Assembly (NCBI RefSeq): GCF_001194135.2
Contig: NC_068990.1
Coordinates: forward strand, 80,717,614-80,781,613
Direction: 5' to 3'
Length of the DNA stretch: 64,000 nucleotides
Source of the DNA: Octopus bimaculoides
Taxonomy: Eukaryota
The position numbers and the translations under genes are program-made. Below are positions 24,171 through 37,319 of the stretch, one piece after another (positions within the stretch are counted from its first letter, which is position 1; each line of letters opens with the position of its first letter). Below the pieces are notes generated by a model, which saw only the letters and a list, made by a program, of their open reading frames with translations, ran no database searches and was not told where the DNA came from.

Positions 24171-24574
24171 TATCCAACGTGTCATTCGTTTTGTCTTTGT
24201 AAGAACAGTAGGTTGTTGCTTGAGAAACATGATTTCGTTTTGTCTTGATGGGGATTACAAGTGATTATGTTGAATCCATATGGAGCTTTCTACTTGGTCA
24301 CTCAAACTTGCAAAAGAACACCGCTCCCTAAAAGGAAACAAATAAAAAAGAAAACTCCCAGCTAAGTCTCTTAAATCAAATCTCCTCCATCGTTTTTACA
24401 GTTTAGATTATCATTGATAATCCTAGCCACGATCCGGATGGCCAATGTTGAAAATCTTTGATCGCGATTCTTCTCAACAACAAACATGATAACAACAATA
24501 ACAATAACACATCATTGATCTACAATGACAGGATCAATAAAAAACAACAATAAAGGAAACAGAAAATAACGACC

Positions 24575-24589
24575 ACTACTACTACTACA

Positions 24590-24644
<55 letters not shown>
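24575..24644. repeat. (ACT)n microsatellite
   Basis: Directly visible. Confidence 0.95.
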
Positions 24645-24784
24645 TCATCTCTTTCACCACCGTCACTACTATCTCATAACAACTAATATTACTGTGCTGC
24701 AGATACTATTGCTGTTGTCGCTACTGCTACTGCTTCAACACCACCTCCTCTTCCTCCACCTCTTACTACTCCTCCGCCTCTTAC

Positions 24785-24992
24785 TCCTCCTTCTCCTCCT
24801 CCTTCTCCTCCTCCTTCTCCTCCTCCTTCTCCTCCTCCTTCTCCTCCTCCTTCTCCTCCTCCTTCTCCTCCTCCTTCTCCTCCTCCTTCTCCTCCTCCTT
24901 CTCCTCCTCCTTCTCCTCCTCCTTCTCCTCCTCCTTCTCCTCCTCCTTCTCCTCCTCCTTTTCCTTCTCCTTCTCCTTCTCCTCCTCCTTCT
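24785..24992. repeat. (CCTTCTCCTCCT)n 12-bp polypyrimidine tandem repeat
   Basis: Directly visible. It produces the spurious poly-L, poly-R and EEKE ORFs. Confidence 0.95.
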
Positions 24993-25009
24993 CCCTCTGC
25001 CCTTCATTT

Positions 25010-25990
25010 GGTTCTTGAACATCCAACATTAGAATCTGATTTAAAAGCATTTGGGTTGCTATTTCTAGCAGGTAAAAGTAGGCTGATACACGTCTTGGAT
25101 GGCTTTTCTCAGATGACGTCAGAGATCAAGGAGGAGATAAATGATATTTGCTTCGTTAAATTTGCTTCGAGATTAGAACTTTGGGACAAATTGGCCAACA
25201 GCTGGAATTCAACTTGGGACTGGAGCAATGAAATGATTGCATCACAGAATTAATTCTCATCCATCCTTAACCTCTGATCAAACACCACCGGGACATATAG
25301 TCATTATAGATGTAATATAGTCATGTTATTTAGCTCTCTTTAGTTTTGGGCTGCAAGCCTAATTATCCCTCCGCAAGACCTTGCAGCTTTTAAGCTAGTA
25401 TATGATAAGACGTACCTTCATCATACGAGTATGACGCAACTAGAGTCAGCACATTCGGTCTAAATGAGGATTCAAACTAAAGCCAATCTTCTATTCTATC
25501 CTGGTTAAATCACATTCTAAATAGAACCGCTTCCAAAAATATTGCTCTTTTGTTCAGGACCAGAAACATTTCCTCCTTCAGAAGCTGCAGACACTATTAA
25601 AGATTCAGCTGAGACTCTCACAAATGCACTGTTTTTACATTTGCCACAGTGCTGCAGTAACACCTAGTTTCTTATTGGACTCAATTCAGAGAAAGGTCAC
25701 TCGATTGATTAGCATGAACTTTTTCCAGTCTGTGACATACAAGAATGCAATCTGCTCTCTCCGCCCTATCGCTACTCCTATGGGTTTGGTTGTTCTCACA
25801 CCCTCATCTTGAAAGCATTCTATCCCATTCATATCATTGCCCCTTCTATTGTTGAATGCAGCAACATACACTCCACATTAATCCATAATCCAAATTCTTC
25901 CTACCGAGAACATCAGTTCCTCTGTTATTTTGTCCCTGTTCATATCTTTCTTGAGAGTGTCGTTCACAGCGGTTGGGAGCTAATATTAAC
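25010..25990 (+). mobile_element. CR1/Jockey-like LINE RT C-terminal remnant
   Basis: FLAGKSRLIHVLDGFS (similar to FL..R...V.LDG.SS), EINDI, and LLDSIQRKVTRLI (similar to LD.IQRRA.RLI). Confidence 0.6.
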
Positions 25991-27741
25991 GACATCAAAC
26001 TTGCCAGGATCGGAGGACCTGTAAAGTCATGTTCACAGTACCGTCCTCCAGTCTCAGGAAGTGAAGTAAGTCACCAGAACAATAACAAATGCAACATCAA
26101 AGCTATTACAACAAGAATAAAAACAACAAAAACTTCAGCAACAACAGCAGCAGCAACAAAAAAAGATGTAGAAATTCTTCGGTTGGGACGTCTGGTAACT
26201 AGATGTAGGTGGAAGATATTGCTCTTAAGAAAAGTACGAACATCAGATTAGAAAATTTAATGTTACTGTCCTAGTCTTGGCAGAGCCGATGTAACGGAAT
26301 TATAAATATTCCTACTATAAAAAGAAAAGTATATTAACACATCCAACTTTCCAGCTCCAACTTAACTATAGATCTTCAAGTTACCTCCATGTCTACTTAA
26401 ATAATCAATGTATTTGTCTTTCCTTTCTGTTTATAGATGCTGCCATTTAGTTCATATTAGTATTTGGTGTTGTTGCTGTTATTTTAGAAGTAACATATTT
26501 GTTATTGCAATATCATTTTATTGATATCCTAGAGTAAATTTTAGTAGAGAGAAAAAATAAACTAGAGTTTTCTATACTGGAATCTTAACAAGATTCAGTA
26601 TTCCTCTATCGATCCTAATTTTATACACGACTTTAAAAAAAATGTTGTTTATGATGCAAAAGAATTGTCGGAATCAATTACTGAGTGCGTATATACCCAT
26701 ACTGAATATATATANNNNNNNNNNNNNNNNNNNNNNNNNNNNNNNNNNNNNNNNNNNNNNNNNNNNNNNNNNNNNNNNNNNNNNNNNNNNNNNNNNNNNN
26801 NNNNNNNNNNNNNNNNNNNNNNNNNNNNNNNNNNNNNNNNNNNNNNNNNNNNNNNNNNNNNNNNNNNNNNNNNNNNNNNNNNNNNNNNNNNNNNNNNNNN
26901 NNNNNNNNNNNNNNNNNNNNNNNNNNNNNNNNNNNNNNNNNNNNNNNNNNNNNNNNNNNNNNNNNNNNNNNNNNNNNNNNNNNNNNNNNNNNNNNNNNNN
27001 NNNNNNNNNNNNNATATATATATATATATATACATATATATACATATATATATACGCATACATATATATATATGTATATATGTATATATATGCATACATA
27101 TATGCGTAATTTATCGTGAGTCTGTGTATATTCGTGTAGCTTTGCATATAAAGACGGTATAGAGCTAATGTTTAGAACGATGTGTCTTTACGATAGAATA
27201 GATAAGTCCGCTAAGAGAAATCGAATTTTGTATTCGAGCTATTTTGTTTCAGTCATACATCGATACCCTGAACACAGAGTAATTGTAAGAAAACTAGAAT
27301 AGTGGATGTGAGATTATACGTTTATCTAATAAATACTCACATGTGATTCATTCATGAATAGATTCGTACAGCAAGACATACCTTACGCACAAAAGATATT
27401 ATCAAGTTATCAGAGATTTAAAACGTACTACATTATGTTAATGTAATCAGAATCTGTGTTTGCTATTTCACAACACAAACGTGGAGTGTTGTGTATTTAT
27501 GTGTGGCGCAACCACGTAGTGAAGACATTTTTGAATTGTTTTTTCAGTTTTTGAGTTTCGGTGATTTGGTGATATTTTTATACATACACGCACATACACA
27601 CAACGCACACACACACACGCACGTACGCAAGCGCGCACATACACACACGTGTATATATTTTAGACAATGAACACGGAAACGAAATAACACGGGGTAAACA
27701 CGTTTTAACAAGTGTGGTATTTAACTCTTGAAATGTAATGA

Positions 27742-28030
27742 TTTTGACATTTCGGACACTAGTCCTTCATCAGGAGGAAATTAAAGAATCAGAGATAGCA
27801 GTAGGAAAATATAAATATCAAACAAGATATTTGTAAATATTTATGTGCCAGTTGATAATTCAATTTCCCCCTGATGTGAACCGATTGGCACTTTGGGATT
27901 GTTGTAGCCCGGGTTAGTGTGGGAGTATGGTATGTAGGTTTCCCAAACTATCACAGTGCTTTACCAAATTTTCCTTGTAATTGTACCGCTTATTTTCTGA
28001 TTCTTTCCCAGTCTTTTACCCTGAATGAAA
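27742..28030 (-). mobile_element. Possible Penelope-like pLTR/UTR remnant ending in a hammerhead-like motif
   Basis: The minus strand ends in CTGATGA-A-GGAC(TAGT)GTCC-GAAA-TGTC. Assigning the upstream part to a PLE is inference only. Confidence 0.35.
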
Positions 28031-28807
28031 AAACGTAAATGATTGTAATACTGTACTCGAATCATCATATGGTATCTATATATTTTGTATATAAATGTAC
28101 AATGTAATCTCTTATTTAGCAATTTCTGTTCATATACTGTGCAATCAAGTTTAAGTTATGCATAGATATTTTCTGTTTTTTACAAAGAAGCATTTCTATT
28201 CATATAGCAGCATACCATTTGAAAAACAAAACAAAAAAAAACACATAACGCCTAGCCAATATGTAATAACAACGAGAAAAACTTCAATAGCAACGGCAGC
28301 AACGCTATAAACAACAACGATAGAAAAAATAATATCAACGAGTTTATTATAAATTATTTCGCATTTCAAGAATTAATTGAAACTAATAACAACATTTTAA
28401 ATGAAATTCAAAAATATTCCACCCGTCTGAGTTTGTGATTGAAATTGAGAGATATTTCAGCTGTCTCAGAATGTCACAAAGGGAAAAAAAAAGATATCTG
28501 AAATAAAAAATCAGAATTTAGCAAATGGATTATTGTTGTTTATCATGTTCAGCTGGCAGCGTCGTTAGAGTGTCGCACAAAACGCTTGGGAGCATCTTTT
28601 CCCCGAATTGTTTACAATCTGATTTTGAATGCTGCCTTAATTATTTTATAATCTGATTCAAAATGCTTGCTTTAATTATTCGCTGTGGATAAAAAAAAAA
28701 ACATTTGTACCTCAGACCCGTGGCACACATGCCCAGAATTACTGGACATCATATGCCATACTTTGATAGGAATTATTATTATTATTGTTATTACTATTAT
28801 TATTTTT

Positions 28808-29447
28808 ACACCTATTCGAAACAAGCTCTACAGATACGGTAGTATTGTCAGACGCGCTCGTCTAATGTCCGTGCATTACTGACTTGTGGAGATTTGTCAA
28901 GAACGTGTTATGACGTATAGGATGGATCCGGTTATCAGCCGAATCCATCGCGTTCCTTTGACCGGGAAGAAAAGGACATTTTCCTCTGTCTAGTGACTAT
29001 GGCTAAGGAGGTAGTGTGGTGGACGCGATTCGAAGACCAGAAGACAGATACTTTTCGCTTCGGTCGAGCTGTCATCGACATTTTCACGTTCTACTTGAAA
29101 AGGAAGGTGAGTGTAGAGAGGGAAGATCTGTCCCCCAGTAAATTTGTTAAAAGTTGAGTGTATGCAGCGAGGATGGCCCGTGTGAATGAGCCTACACTGA
29201 ACTTTCGTTTGTAAACTGGAGAAGTTAAAAAGGAGAGATGCACCCGCTGAGGTGCACCTGGCGGTCGAGGTAACCAGGTTGTGTGGGGTTCTACTGTTGT
29301 CCCTGCGAGGAATTCTCCACTTTGGGGAGATGTTATTTTTAATTGTTTTGTTATTTGTTTTGTATACACAGCATTGTTCAACACATGTCCCTTGTCTTCT
29401 ATTGTCCGTCTTTGTTTTGTGTTCGACTCTTGTGGCCAATAAAAGAA

Positions 29448-29450
<3 letters not shown>
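28808..29450 (+). mobile_element. 5'-truncated Tx1-like (L1 group) LINE: ORF2 C-terminus plus 3'UTR
   Basis: TPIRNKLYRYGS, CPCITDLWRFVKNVL and FLCLVTMAKEVVWWTR...FTFYLKRKVSVERE.LSPSKFVK resemble Tx1 ORF2 C-termini. A T-rich UTR with AATAAA runs into (ATT)n. Confidence 0.65.
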
Positions 29451-29510
<60 letters not shown>

Positions 29511-29533
29511 ATTATTATTATTATTATTATTAT
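29447..29533. repeat. (ATT)n microsatellite
   Basis: Directly visible. Confidence 0.95.
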
Positions 29534-29924
29534 TCTGGTGTATAAACTATCAATTTGTGAATCTTAAAATCACTTTTTCAGCCTTCTGAGACTGTAAGAG
29601 TAAACACTAATGTGTGTAATAACACCTTAAGCAATATCTAATCTGTATTTATCAGATTTCTTAAAGCCAAAATATTCGGACGATATATAGTCTAAGTCGA
29701 ACACATACATATATTCAATGATGCCTACTTTTTCACTGAAATCTTAGAAATTTTTTAATAAAATTTTAGTTGTACGGCCAAATTAGACAACATATAGAGA
29801 TGCCAGCTTTTTATAGTCGCAGTTTTCAGTTTCTTTCGAGGAGCGATGGACTCGATGTTTTGGAGTTCTTTGCCTTCCCGAAGGCCTGCTGCAACATTCA
29901 ACCTGACATACTGAGTGCTGCAAA

Positions 29925-30830
29925 ATAAACACCCAAAAGCGATGCTGACAGACTGCATGTGTCTACAAACAGGGGTGGAAGAATTCTTATAGGATGCAAA
30001 ATCTGTGTTGTCAAAGCGAAGAACAGTCTGGGATGGTACATCAAGCAGCAAAGTGAATCATTGCTTGCTGCTGTTAGAATTAATAAATATAATACATACC
30101 GAAAATGCGATGCACCCACAAACATTTATGAAACAAAATGAAGACGAAACAGTAAACAACTGCAAAATGAAACCACTGCATGGGTAATATCTCAGAGAAA
30201 TCGAAGGAAAACACAAGATTAACACTTGGAGATGGCTACGAAAAAGTGGTCTGAAAGAATGCACTGAGATATTGATATACAGGCCCGAGAACAAACTCTG
30301 AGAACTAATTTACACTGAGTTCCAAGTGGATAAGGATAGCGAATCGCCCCTTTGTAGGATGTGTGGCAGTAGAAACGAGACAATCTCACATTGACTGAGT
30401 ATAGCAAGGAGGCACGATAACGTGGCTAAGTTCGTCCACTGGAGACTAAAAAGTACGGCCTGAACAGAGCACGGAAATGGTACGAACATGAATTGGAAGG
30501 AGTCACCTAGAACAAGGAACATAAGATACTGAAAAACTTCATAATCCAACGTGATTCCCTAACCGAGGCTCGGACCAGAATATCGTTGTGGTAGATAAAG
30601 GAAAAAGGGAAATCAAGATCATAATTAGATAGAGTTGCACATATAAGTAAAAAAAACTAGCAAAAATTGAAAAATACAGGATACTAAAAAACGAAACTGT
30701 AAGAATACGGACTATGAGGAGAGTGTCTGTCATTCCGGTAGTTGTAGGGAAACTCGGAGCACTAACAACCAAGTCGGAGAAATATGTCAAAGAAATCGGA
30801 ATTGATGTGAGACCAGAGCGGAATTGGTGT
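29925..30830 (+). mobile_element. R4/Dong-like RLE non-LTR retrotransposon remnant (post-RT region, CCHC, endonuclease)
   Basis: HPKSDADRLHVSTNRGGR, NSLGWYIK, KPLHG.YLREIE, WLRKSGLK, EQTLRTN, CRMCGSRNETISH, RHDNVAKFVHWRL, WYEH, KIEKY and VIPVVVGKLGAL. Confidence 0.85.
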
Positions 30831-31035
30831 GCAGGAACATCATAACCATGTGTTGAGAGGAATTCTTTGGGGTTTGAATAATTCTCCTCCAGAAACATGG
30901 GTGTTTTGTTCAACATCCTTAAACAACCCTTATTCAAGGATCATTTGAGCGGGATGGATTACGTGACCTGAAGAAAAAACTGACTGGGTCCCCACCTGCA
31001 AGTTCATGGGTTGTTTATCTTGATATGAGACCACA

Positions 31036-31125
31036 AGAAGAAGAAGAAGAAGAAGAAGAAGAAGAAGAAGAAGAAGAAGAAGAAGAAGAAGAAGAAGAAG
31101 AAGAAGAGGAGGAGGAGGAGAAGCG
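31036..31125. repeat. (GAA)n-(GAG)n repeat
   Basis: Directly visible. It produces the spurious poly-E ORF. Confidence 0.95.
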
Positions 31126-31685
31126 GGAGGAAGAGTGGGAGAAGGAAAACAGTGATGGTTATTGGATATGGAGGTGCTGGCATTATTGTGTTATATTAGA
31201 TGATGAAAAAAAGGAGAAAGAGCGAAAGGGAGAAGAATGTTATAAATTTAAAAAGTAACTCAACTAAAAGCAGAGAAGTAACACTTTACAGTGCGTTGGT
31301 GTTATTTTTGGAACGTTACCATAAAATCGTGAGCACATTGATTAGTAATCTATAACAGTACTGGCACATTTACTTCAAGCAGACATCATTTTTAGAAGTC
31401 TAATTCTAAGCCAGATAGTACTTTTCTAATGTATGCAGTTGTTTTTGTTGTTGCTGTTCTTCCTTCTTTTCATTTGGCTGCTGCAATGTCTTAAGACAGA
31501 AATGTTGATTAAAAAGAGTAAAATCGTAATAACCACCAATCTCGAAACAGAATGATTAGAGAAATAAATATAAAGGACAAAACTAAAAACACAAAAGATG
31601 GCTTTAAAAGAAGGGACTAGGAACGAATACTTACATATATCATATACAAAAGAAGACACGATTGTATATAACATTATGCAACAAG

Positions 31686-31732
<47 letters not shown>

Positions 31733-34194
31733 CATCTATCTATCTATCTACTTACCAAACTAATTATACACGTATTTATATGTGTATGTCTATACTTATG
31801 TNNNNNNNNNNNNNNNNNNNNNNNNNNNNNNNNNNNNNNNNNNNNNNNNNNNNNNNNNNNNNNNNNNNNNNNNNNNNNNNNNNNNNNNNNNNNNNNNNNN
31901 NNNNNNNNNNNNNNNNNNNNNNNNNNNNNNNNNNNNNNNNNNNNNNNNNNNNNNNNNNNNNNNNNNNNNNNNNNNNNNNNNNNNNNNNNNNNNNNNNNNN
32001 NNNNNNNNNNNNNNNNNNNNNNNNNNNNNNNNNNNNNNNNNNNNNNNNNNNNNNNNNNNNNNNNNNNNNNNNNNNNNNNNNNNNNNNNNNNNNNNNNNNN
32101 NNNNNNNNNNNNNNNNNNNNNNNNNNNNNNNNNNNNNNNNNNNNNNNNNNNNNNNNNNNNNNNNNNNNNNNNNNNNNNNNNNNNNNNNNNNNNNNNNNNN
32201 NNNNNNNNATATGTATATATGTATATATATATAGTATATCTTGAGGCCCACAGACAGACAGGCTAAGTGGAAGATATCTGGCTCAGTAGACCAGCGGGTT
32301 TTAGATACGATTTACCCATCTCCAAGAGAGTTGCATTGCCAAAAACCAAGGAAACCTGTACACTAAATGACTCCTTTCCTGTCTGCAGAAACATTGGTGC
32401 TACATTCCGAGTGCTCTACAACTGCAAGGACGAAAATTTTAGGTTAGTGTTTAGTTTCTTCATGTTGCCAAATTGTGGCTGCCAAACTTTTATTTATTAT
32501 AATTATTATATTGTTTATTCTTGATTTTTTATTATTATTTATTAAGATGTAAAGAAAACATGGTTTTATTATTATTAAAGCTATAAGAATTTTGAAGAAA
32601 ATACATTTACAATTCTAAGTATGTACAAAACAATTCATTGCAAAAAAATATTTTAGAAATTGAAAAGTAAACTAAAGTGTAACCTAAAATAATCACCTTT
32701 TATGTTCCAAATCACACACCAAAGTAGCACCGAAACATTTCCATGTTCATAATTGATACGTTTCTATATGCAAAGAATATATATGTATGTTTGCCTGTAA
32801 TTTTACATACAATTGTTTATGGTTATCATGCGAAACTCAAAATATATTTGTTAGGCAAATAACGCTCGGTAATATACTTTTCAAAGTGAAACATCTAAAT
32901 GCAATGAGGTAATAAACACTCGAAGTGAGAAATCCAGGTAGGCCAGGTTGCTAGAAATTGTAAAAGTATACAAACATGCCTATACGCACACGCGCACATA
33001 CGCACATACGTATGTAAACACTCCCATAAACACACACGTACGATCCCACGTGCATACAACACATACCAAAAAGGGAAGATAAGTTCACACGTTAGGGATT
33101 TTCGAAGATAGGCTTCCATTAATCGGTTTCGTACAGACAACAGAACTCCGAGCGGCATTTGAACTAAGAACGAAAGTGTAGGAACTAAATGTTACAAATC
33201 ATTTTCCTTGATAAACTGAATTTTAAATAGACTTTTCTATTTTAACTAAAATATATTTTACTTACATCAGCCTCGATCTGAAACGCGAATTCCCTTTGGA
33301 ATTAAAAATAATAACGTTTTAAAATTGAGAAACGAAATCATATGATTACATCTAGAATATAGATGGCATTGTCATCACTAGAAGATCTATCATCAGAAGC
33401 TTGCTTTAGCGGGAGAGATGATTTGAATGGAAATAACATTAATAGCAGCAGTAGCATTACTTCGTTTGTTAAACGTTCAAATAATAGTTACTTTCAGTGT
33501 GGAACCAACGCTTTATCACAAAAAATCCTGAAATGAAACCAATGTTCTAATAAAAGAGTTACATTGAATAATTTAGTTGTGCGTATTCCTATAAAGAGGG
33601 GATGGTCTCGCCTGGAATTATATTTTATCAGACATTTACTAAATCGAATTTCGCCTGGGAGTGAACAACAACAACAACAAAAACAATAGCAAGAAGATGT
33701 AAGCCTTAATATATTCCATCGAAATGCTAGAAATGGCTGCTTAAACACACCCACAACATAGTTTGCCTTCTGAACTACGATGAAAAGACAGATTGTAATA
33801 GAGTTGCCAAAGAAAGCAATAAAACAACAGGATGGTCTTTCATGGAAGATATTCGATCACACATCTGTTCGTTCAGAAATGACTTAGGGGTAGACAATTA
33901 CAACAATAAACACATCTATATTGATGCCAGCCATCATAAATAATAAAAGTAAGACGATGATGTTAATGCGACACAATTGTCAGTGCCATCATGGTAATAC
34001 CTTTACGTAGAGATATTTCCCGCAGTCACCATAGCAATACTTTTATACACCATTAAATATGATCATAATCAAAATAACGTGCAAAACAAGAAGAAAATAA
34101 AGTTAATACTATAAAGACAACGTTACATCAAGCCACATTTCGTTTCCAATTCATCAATGCACCGACCTTTTCAATTATACATACACAAAGACAG

Positions 34195-34195
<1 letters not shown>

Positions 34196-34253
<58 letters not shown>

Positions 34254-34271
34254 ACTATCTATCTATCTATC

Positions 34272-34334
<63 letters not shown>

Positions 34335-34335
34335 A
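34196..34335. repeat. (TATC)n microsatellite (another at about 31686-31750)
   Basis: Directly visible. Confidence 0.95.
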
Positions 34336-35041
34336 TTTATGCATACATATACTCACATACATACGTATATATGTGCACACATGCGCAGTCCTATGTTTGT
34401 GTGAGTATGGGTGGCTAGATGTATAAGTATATATTTGTGTATGAGGTCTGTATCCATTCATATTCGTACAAACGTTCGCTTACGAATATAGATGCAAACG
34501 CACAAGCAAATATGACCATGAAAGCATGTTCACCACACACCTATACAAACGCATAATATAAACATGCACCAATACATTTGTACATATCAAGATCAATATA
34601 TAAATATAATATTCACATGTATCTACATACTCTGTGTTTGGAATCACGCCCAACACTGTTTCCCCACGGCCAATGGATTTTAGTAACATTTAGCTAAAGT
34701 TGAAGCATCGTTCAAATGTGGCGTGGTTATTGTTCAGCCTGGTCAAGAATCTATATCAACCTATGCGTGGAATATTATAGGATAGAGAAACAGAAAAATA
34801 TATAGAGTGGGGAAGCAAAATGTAGAAAGAGGTAGCGGTAAAATCATGTGACAAGGCAATAAGACAAGAAAGTGTATATTGCGATGTGAATGAAAAGGTA
34901 GAGAAGTCATTCTCCATGAATTGTGTGTATAAAGGAAAGGATTTGAAAAGTGAAAGAACGATTGTGAGTCAGTCTGTGTATGATTGTATCTATATCCGGC
35001 TACGCTGCAAAAACGAATAACAACAATTCTAATGTGTATGA

Positions 35042-35110
<69 letters not shown>

Positions 35111-35291
35111 NNNNNNNNNNNNNNNNNNNNNNNNNNNNNNNNNNNNNNNNNNNNNNNNNNNNNNNNNNNNNNNNNNNNNNNNNNNNNNNNNNNNNNNNNN
35201 NNNNNNNNNNNNNNNNNNNNNNNNNNNNNNNNNNNNNNNNNNNNNNNNNNNNNNNNNNNNNNNNNNNNNNNNNNNNNNNNNNNNNNNNNNN

Positions 35292-35331
<40 letters not shown>

Positions 35332-35797
35332 ATATATGGATGTAGATATATATATATATATATACACACACGTATATATGCATAATGCATGCATATAATA
35401 TATACATACATACATTTATATACACATCACATGCTCACACACATACACACACACACATACACACATACACACACGTACACGCACACGCAGTACGCACACA
35501 TATTTGTTTGTATATATATATATATATATATATATTTACACAAGAGAGAGAGAGAAAGTGTGTGTGAGAGAGAGAGAAGAAATAAGATTTTCAGCAAACC
35601 AAGAGAAATGTAAATATCTAAGAAAATATTCGTACAAATAAGAGTGACATTGTTATAACAATACAACTTCTACTACACATACCATTGCAGACTAATGTTG
35701 AATTGTACGTTATCATTATTTTCTTACAATAATAGCCATATCATTATCTCGTTATACCCCAGTGTCACTTCGATGGCATGCCTTGCCCTGTCACACT

Positions 35798-35798
<1 letters not shown>

Positions 35799-35886
<88 letters not shown>

Positions 35887-35919
35887 GAAGAAGAAGAAGA
35901 AGAAGAAGAAGAAGAAGAA

Positions 35920-35950
<31 letters not shown>

Positions 35951-36020
35951 AAGAAGAAGAAGAAGAAGAAGAAGAAGAAGAAGAAGAAGAAGAAGAAGAA
36001 GAAGAAGAAGAAGAAGAAGA
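35799..36020. repeat. Compound (TAA)n-(TGA)n-(GAA)n repeat
   Basis: Directly visible. Confidence 0.95.
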
Positions 36021-36295
36021 ACTAGCTGGATCCGTCAAAATTACACGGAAAACATAAAAAAGGTAAGCACCTGTAAATTGTGTGCTGGTGCCATGAGAAA
36101 TGTTTCTATATTGTGACAGTTACAGAATATAGAAAGAAGTTTAAAACCGATAACTATATAATCCAACCAAGATATCTTAATTACGGAAACGTAAACAGAA
36201 TTACTATTTAGCCTTAAAGTACATTGTACATAATCAAAGAACCGTCTTGGTTTAGTGGTGCGGAACGTTCTTCAGGTCTTCTTTTTTCTTTTACT

Positions 36296-36420
36296 TGATT
36301 CAGTCGTTTGCCGGTGGCTAACTTACGAGGATGCAAACACACCAACATCGGTTGTCAAACAATGTTGGTGGTGGTGGGGAGAAACAGAGACACAAACATA
36401 CACACATACATAAATATATA
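36296..36420 (-). mobile_element. Fragment of the OK-like SINE 'C' 3' half, running into a gap
   Basis: Plus strand CTAACTTACGAGGATGCAAACACACCAACATCGGTTGTCAAAC matches the same strand of the 23742-24170 copy. Confidence 0.7.
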
Positions 36421-36719
36421 TNNNNNNNNNNNNNNNNNNNNNNNNNNNNNNNNNNNNNNNNNNNNNNNNNNNNNNNNNNNNNNNNNNNNNNNNNNNNNNN
36501 NNNNNNNNNNNNNNNNNNNNNNNNNNNNNNNNNNNNNNNNNNNNNNNNNNNNNNNNNNNNNNNNNNNNNNNNNNNNNNNNNNNNNNNNNNNNNNNNNNNN
36601 NNNNNNNNNNNNNNNNNNNNNNNNNNNNNNNNNNNNNNNNNNNNNNNNNNNNNNNNNNNNNNNNNNNNNNNNNNNNNNNNNNNNNNNNNNNNNNNNNNNN
36701 NNNNNNNNNNNNNNNNNNN

Positions 36720-37010
36720 GGGTATTTGGCCCACGATCGTAAAGTCACGAGTACGATTCCCTGCGGTGGGCTGATTTTCAGCAAAGTACTCTACTTCACC
36801 TTGCTGCAGTCCACTCAGCTGGCAAAAGTGAGTTGTAGCTGTAATTCAAAGGGGCCTGTCTTGTCACATTCTGTTAGATCTCTCCCTGAGATCTACCTTA
36901 TGGTATGCGTGTCTGTGAAGTACTCAGCTACAGGCGCGTTAGTTTTACGAGCAGACGTCGTTGATCAGATAAAAATGAACCTTGTCGTCGTGACCGACGG
37001 AGTGCCTTTT
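36720..37010 (+). mobile_element. tRNA-derived SINE family 'B'
   Basis: GCAGTCCACTCAGCTGGCAAAAGTGAG...GTCTTGTCACATTCTG...CCTTGTCGTCGTGACCGACGGAGTGCC. Confidence 0.75.
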
Positions 37011-37149
37011 TTAAATGAAAGACAAAGAAATGTTTCATATCGTAAGGCAAAAATGTCATGTGTTTAGTATAAGCAATGTAAGCTAAGACAAAATAATTGC
37101 TATTCTGTCGTGTATTTGTCCTCGACTCACACTCAGTCGGAAACGGAGG

Positions 37150-37310
37150 CTGTAATCTGTACTGCCCAAGAGCAAGCATTAAGGACCAATTACATCAAAT
37201 CATCAAATACAGAAAAGACAACACACCAGAAAGTGATTAGTGCAGAATGTGTGGTACAAAGTGTTGAAACTGTATGACATATTACCAGTCAATGTATGCC
37301 ACAAGCCAAA
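37150..37310 (+). mobile_element. Short R4/Dong-like fragment
   Basis: AQEQALRTNYIK, followed by a CRMCG...ETV.HITSQC-like zinc-knuckle trace. Confidence 0.6.
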
Positions 37311-37319
37311 AAACCATAT

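Noticed and set aside
24694-25050. Poly-Leu, poly-Arg and (EEKE)n ORFs
   Set aside because: They are translations of the (CCTTCTCCTCCT)n repeat in different frames, with no splice or codon support.
35724-36038. Poly-S/N/D/E/K ORFs
   Set aside because: Translations of the compound trinucleotide repeat.
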